Origin: a virus
Taxonomy: Duplodnaviria > Caudoviricetes
Direction: 5' to 3' (one strand)
IMG/VR virus record: IMGVR_UViG_3300047288_000084
Coordinates: 1 to 41,364 of that record
Length of the DNA: 41,364 nt
In this document: piece after piece, positions 37,061 to 41,364 of the stretch
Position numbering within the stretch: the stretch's first letter is position 1
Layout of the letters: each line of letters begins with the position of its first letter
Program-made: the position numbers and the translations under genes
The notes under the pieces: model-generated
What the model saw: the letters and a program-made list of their open reading frames with translations, nothing else
Databases searched by the model: none
What the model was told of the DNA's origin: nothing

Positions 37061-37666
37061 TCAAGCGGCGAGCTGTTGCTTCGCCACGAAATCCTTATAG
37101 TTCGGACCTGCGATCATCGGTGTGACCGGACGACTGATGTTCGCCCCGGTCTGCCGATTGCGAACGACGAACCGCTCAGCAGGGTCGCATCCCAACTGGG
37201 ATGGCTCGAGTCCAGTGCGGTTCTTCACGAACATGATGATCTTCTCGCTCGTCGTGGACCGCATCCTGACGTACTTTCCGAAGTACGGCCACGCCCTCTT
37301 CAGAGAGGCGCACGCCTCCCCCATGGACGGATAGACCAGGACGGACCCGTTGGGAAGGAGCACCTCGTACCCCTTCGCCTGCGGAAAAGGGAGAGGATCG
37401 ACGCCGACCTCCTTCGGCACCTTCACCTGCTTCACCTCGCCGGTGCCGAAGAGAACAATATCCTTCGTCTCCGACTTGGGCTTGACGTTGGCGTAGGGGT
37501 GCGTCTTCGTGTCGAAGGAGACGAACTTCTTCGAGTCGTAGACGATGCCGAAAAGCCGGTACTCATACCGGTCAGTGTAGGGGTTCCACCCCTCGGCAAG
37601 AACACCCTTGGAGCGAAGGTACTGCGCGACCTTCCAGGTGAAAGAGTTGTAGTTCTTCGTAGTCAT
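37061..37666 (-). CDS. Hypothetical early protein
   Basis: AGGAG RBS, strongly biased codons, 201 aa. Confidence 0.8.
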   Translation of the reverse strand: MTTKNYNSFTWKVAQYLRSKGVLAEGWNPYTDRYEYRLFGIVYDSKKFVSFDTKTHPYANVKPKSETKDIVLFGTGEVKQVKVPKEVGVDPLPFPQAKGYEVLLPNGSVLVYPSMGEACASLKRAWPYFGKYVRMRSTTSEKIIMFVKNRTGLEPSQLGCDPAERFVVRNRQTGANISRPVTPMIAGPNYKDFVAKQQLAA

Positions 37667-37711
37667 TGGTCTTCTCCTGTTTGTTTTGTAGGGTTAACGT
37701 TCTTCGATCAT

Positions 37712-37939
37712 CTACGCAGCACTGGCCGTAAGGATTTGCACCTCGGCCATGTTGATGGCCTTGTCGATGCGCTCCTTCTTCTTATTGTAGATGGTGTTCT
37801 TCATCTCGACCGGCTTGAAGCCCAGCGAGTGAAGCTTCTTCGCGAAAGCCTCTTCCATCTTCAGAGACATCGCTGTCTGCCGTCGTCTCAGGACGTTGTT
37901 GTTGACGATGCGGCAGTACATGTGATCGTAGTGAATCAT
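37712..37939 (-). CDS. Hypothetical early protein
   Basis: ATGA overlap with the upstream gene. Confidence 0.65.
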   Translation of the reverse strand: MIHYDHMYCRIVNNNVLRRRQTAMSLKMEEAFAKKLHSLGFKPVEMKNTIYNKKKERIDKAINMAEVQILTASAA

Positions 37940-38310
37940 TCGATTGCCCTCTCTTCAATTGTGAAAGTACCCTTCACTCGGTATACCTTCTCGACGATAG
38001 TGAACACACCACCCCGAATGTCATGCCCTCTCCCGGTAAAAACGTTTACCGCATTTCGAATACTCTCGAAGCTCGCGTCTTCACCAACCGAGACAGATGC
38101 GTCGTCGAAGAAGATAAAATACTCCTTCTTCTTCAGTACGTCAGCCTGATCGGCCTCGTATTCGAACGACTCGACACCGTTGGCTTTCTTAGCCGATAGT
38201 GACAGGAGAGTCGGCCAATCAAGGTGGTTGCAGTATCCCTTCGGATTCCTGACGGCAATCGGCCCGTGGCAATACTTACAACAGGGCTCATCGTTAGTCT
38301 GTTCAAGCAT
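37936..38310 (-). CDS. Hypothetical protein with N-terminal CxxC...CxH metal-binding motif
   Basis: CKYCHGPIAVRNPKGYCNHL; overlaps both neighbours. Confidence 0.65.
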   Translation of the reverse strand: MLEQTNDEPCCKYCHGPIAVRNPKGYCNHLDWPTLLSLSAKKANGVESFEYEADQADVLKKKEYFIFFDDASVSVGEDASFESIRNAVNVFTGRGHDIRGGVFTIVEKVYRVKGTFTIEERAIE

Positions 38311-38830
38311 GCTCGTAGTCCTTCATCCATCCGGGTTTCTGTCGAGAAGTCCACCGATGCATGATGCGACCACGGCGGTCAGACTTCTTCGCGATGGTGT
38401 AGTACCTGCGGTAGCTGTCGATAGTGTTGACGCTACCGTCCTTATCGAACGACTTGTAGTCGTCGGGCATCACAGCCGGAGGTTCATTCCAAACATCGAG
38501 AGACAGGTCAGCAGGCATGCGAGCAAGCTGCTTGTTGATACCCTTCCTGACGATGTAGTGCGTCTTCCCATACCGATACTCGTACTCGTGGCAGTAGCAG
38601 CACATCAAAGAGTGCAGCCATGCGTAGTGGATACCGCTTTTGCGGACCCACTGAGTACAGGGATGCGAGAAGACAGACTTCGGGAACGGGTAGCCGAAGC
38701 CATCCGTTCTGATTGGTGAGTGTGCAGCAGTCAACATCTGCGCTGATTCGATTGCCATCTTGTTGACGTGGCTGTCAATTGCCCACTCAGCGACATCTGC
38801 CGGGCAAGTCGAAAGATAGAAGATGTTCAT
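38303..38830 (-). CDS. Pyrimidine-dimer DNA glycosylase-like (DenV-related) protein
   Basis: MNIFYL...DSHVNKMAIESAQML, HPCTQWVR, EYEYRYGKTH and SYRRYY. Confidence 0.75.
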   Translation of the reverse strand: MNIFYLSTCPADVAEWAIDSHVNKMAIESAQMLTAAHSPIRTDGFGYPFPKSVFSHPCTQWVRKSGIHYAWLHSLMCCYCHEYEYRYGKTHYIVRKGINKQLARMPADLSLDVWNEPPAVMPDDYKSFDKDGSVNTIDSYRRYYTIAKKSDRRGRIMHRWTSRQKPGWMKDYEHA

Positions 38831-38854
38831 CCGTTTCTCTTTCCTCGGCGCCGG

Positions 38855-38983
38855 CTAAAGGGTGAGGAAGAGAAGCCCAGCCTGGAAGCCGACCAGAAGG
38901 AAGGCGACGTGGGTGATGATGAGGACGAGTGCGGTTTCGAAGTGGGACATGCTGACGTTCTCCTTGTTGTCATCGTCGAACAT
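38855..38983 (-). CDS. Small membrane peptide (42 aa)
   Basis: AAGGA RBS; single hydrophobic helix ALVLIITHVAFLLVGFQAGLLFLTL. Confidence 0.5.
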   Translation of the reverse strand: MFDDDNKENVSMSHFETALVLIITHVAFLLVGFQAGLLFLTL

Positions 38984-39001
38984 TGTGTTGATCCTTTTTC
39001 T

Positions 39002-39298
39002 CTATGCCATCTCCTTCAGTTTCCTGACGATCTCGGTGTTCTTCTCGTCTTCGTCCGACCAAAGCCACGAGTGTAGGCTAAGTCCATACTGTCGAACAGT
39101 CTGGCCAACCTTGACGACACCGAGATGGCAAACCTTAAAGACGCAGTGAGGATCACCCACCTGATACGAGCGATCCAATGCCTTGTCGATTGCGTCTCCC
39201 TTCGCAGGGAACGTCTCTTCATAAAATGGTGAGCTACCACCGATTGGGTCCTCCCTTCCGATGAAGTAGAGTTCGATGTCTTTCCAGACGGACATCAT
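39002..39298 (-). CDS. Hypothetical early protein
   Basis: Likely start MMSVWKD after GGAG. Confidence 0.65.
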   Translation of the reverse strand: MMSVWKDIELYFIGREDPIGGSSPFYEETFPAKGDAIDKALDRSYQVGDPHCVFKVCHLGVVKVGQTVRQYGLSLHSWLWSDEDEKNTEIVRKLKEMA

Positions 39299-39622
39299 TG
39301 AATCTCCGTTGTTTGTAGTAGAGGATTGTTTAAGTCCACCCATCTATTGAATAGACCGACATGTAATCATGTCGCTGAGCTACCCCGCTGCGGGAACCCA
39401 GGGGTGGAAAGGAATGGGGTGTGGGTAGACACAGAAGCTAAGAGCGGTGAGGCTTTCCTCTCTTTGCTTCTTGTCGTGTGAAACGGTCAGCTACCCCACA
39501 TATAGCTGCCTCCTCCCCCCTACGGGGGATAGTGTTGGCTCAATTGGTTCGCTCGGGTACCCCTCGCTCACCTTACTATACTATCCATTCTTAATTAACC
39601 CTCCGCATACACAGGTATCTTT

Positions 39623-39650
39623 ATTATACACCTGTTCGCAGATTTGTCAA
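39623..39650 (-). promoter_or_regulatory. Consensus sigma70 early promoter
   Basis: Minus strand TTGACA-16 bp-TATAAT. Confidence 0.85.
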
Positions 39651-39682
39651 GAGAAAAATGCAAGCGATCAACAAGTATTTTG

Positions 39683-39695
39683 TAACTCATTGATC
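39683..39695 (-). promoter_or_regulatory. Putative IHF site
   Basis: Minus strand GATCAATGAGTTA, near match to WATCAANNNNTTR. Confidence 0.45.
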
Positions 39696-39711
39696 TGCAA
39701 GCATTAATTCC

Positions 39712-39945
39712 CTAGCTCTCTCGCCTTTCACCCAGCACCTCGCCAAACCATTGGTTATTCGCTGCTTCGACCAGCTTGTCGCAGACAAACGTCGTCGCAT
39801 ACTTGTAGTTGACGCCGTTGAACCTGTTCTTCACGACATCATGCAGTCCGTCGGCGACCTCGACGAAGATGAAATCAGCTTCCGCGATCTCCGCCTTCGT
39901 CAGCTTTTCGGAATAGCTGTCAAGCCAGATGACTTTAACTTTCAT
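39712..39945 (-). CDS. Hypothetical early protein
   Basis: Likely start MKVKVIW after GAGGA. Confidence 0.65.
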   Translation of the reverse strand: MKVKVIWLDSYSEKLTKAEIAEADFIFVEVADGLHDVVKNRFNGVNYKYATTFVCDKLVEAANNQWFGEVLGERRES

Positions 39946-40229
39946 TTGTTGCTTCCTCTCTCCGTTATTAAGGTTAGATAATAGACACACCATCTTCATC
40001 TCGATGACGATCAGCCCGACCGCATTATAGGCTTCGTTTCATCGGGGAGAGAGACAAGACAGTGTGTCTATTGCCTAACCTTTGCTACCCTTCTATTCAG
40101 AATAGCGATTGCTGCCCTAACGAAGCCCGTACACGGGCATTCTTCCTTCTCTGGTAGGGAGACAGCCAGAGACAGTAAGTGCCGATGTACGGGCTTCTTA
40201 ACGGGGGGTAGTTCTTGCGTGGTCGGCGA

Positions 40230-40916
40230 TCAGTTCACGCTGATAGCGTTGTCGGCAACCTTCTTCGTCGCAATCTTCTTCGTCACAGCCGGGATCGAAA
40301 TGACATCGGCGTCTTTGTTCGACGACTTGAGCATTGACCGAAGCGTGTTGATGTCGGCCTTCTGGACGATGACCTTCTCGCGATCCTCATCCGAGAGGGG
40401 GAGACCCTTCAATTCCTTGCCGGTGGCGTAGATGCCGCTCTCATAGTCCTCGGCCTGAGCCAGCAGGGCAGCCAACTTCTTGCGCAGGTCGAACCCCTGG
40501 AAGGGATTGGCAGGCTTCGACATCTCCCAGTAGTTTTTCGCTTTCAGCAGCATCTCGATGTAGCTGCCGATGTTCTCGCGATCATCACCTTTCGGTGTGA
40601 CCGGGCCGGCGAATTCCGCAGCACGTTTTGCTGAGAATTTGAAGCCGTCCGTCACCGTGAACGAGACCGGAGCGAACTCCATGAGCCAGCGAGCAACGTT
40701 GTTGTCGTGCGTCATGGTCTTCGTCTCGGCGAAGAGCCGTTGCAGCGGACCGATCTGGCCCGTCGAACATGCGAAGATAGAGACGGCGATCAGTGTCTTG
40801 TGCATCCGTGTCCGCCACGTCTTGGCGTCGAGGATGATATTGTCGACCATGTTCTCGACCGTCTTGAGGTCTCGCGGAATCATGTCCGCTTCGTTCTTCG
40901 TCTGAGCTTTCTTCAT
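40230..40916 (-). CDS. Hypothetical early protein
   Basis: GGAGG RBS before MKKAQTK; host-like codon bias; ~228 aa. Confidence 0.8.
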   Translation of the reverse strand: MKKAQTKNEADMIPRDLKTVENMVDNIILDAKTWRTRMHKTLIAVSIFACSTGQIGPLQRLFAETKTMTHDNNVARWLMEFAPVSFTVTDGFKFSAKRAAEFAGPVTPKGDDRENIGSYIEMLLKAKNYWEMSKPANPFQGFDLRKKLAALLAQAEDYESGIYATGKELKGLPLSDEDREKVIVQKADINTLRSMLKSSNKDADVISIPAVTKKIATKKVADNAISVN

Positions 40917-41364
40917 AGTAAAACCCTCCATTGTTTAGTGCAAGGTTCGCCGATGAATCGGACAAGCGTTGCAGCCAAACAACGGAAGATGATGAAGCTT
41001 GGTTAAAAGATTATGTTATCGCTCCCCTTCCTATCGAATGGTTACTTCGCCGATTGGATAGTCGGAGGCTTTTCGCCGTCGATAGGAAGGGGAATGATCC
41101 GCAATAGAATAGACAAGGCAAGGCGCTCTTAGCGGGACCAACCTAGCGAATAGCTAGGCCAGAGCGCTGGCCTCTACCTTGTCGCCCCGCATGGCACGAT
41201 CTATTGCGGATCGGTTCCAGCGCTAGCGGAGCGCTGCCGACGGGGGCGACGCAAGAAACGTCGGGCCTGGAGGCCTTTATCCCGCTACCGCCCTAAATAC
41301 GGTAGCAATGCCCCGTTGCAGGGGCTATGTTGCGCGGACTGACCGCTGCCTCGAAGGGACAAGA

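Noticed and set aside
33412-38149. Long plus-strand ORFs (33412..34464, 37076..38149, also 30838..31512, 23471..24181)
   Set aside because: Antisense shadows of well-supported minus-strand genes with biased codons; no motifs.

Overview
A 41 kb segment of a T7-distantly-related podovirus genome that has no RNA polymerase gene in the window (Zobellviridae/phiEco32/LUZ24-like gene content; an alphaproteobacterial host is my inference). It has two convergent arms meeting at a terminator near 19.5 kb. The + arm (1-19.5 kb) encodes an LRR-repeat tail fibre, portal, scaffold, major capsid, lysis genes, tail tube A/B, a GNAT and three internal virion proteins. The - arm (19.5-41.4 kb) encodes a metallophosphoesterase, endonuclease I, a Cas4-like exonuclease, SSB, a family A DNA polymerase split by a group I intron, a divergent uracil-DNA glycosylase, a primase-helicase with a class 3-type intein, a seven-gene amidoligase/ATP-grasp/amidotransferase operon and small early genes driven by sigma70 promoters. 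The most striking unexplained element is a ~1.07 kb stretch (about 35990-37060) with no minus-strand ORF of 60 aa or more, packed with nested helices. Its mismatches repeatedly become G-U pairs only on the minus strand, making it a candidate giant structured non-coding RNA upstream of the peptide-ligase operon. All assignments come from reading motifs by eye; no database searches were run.
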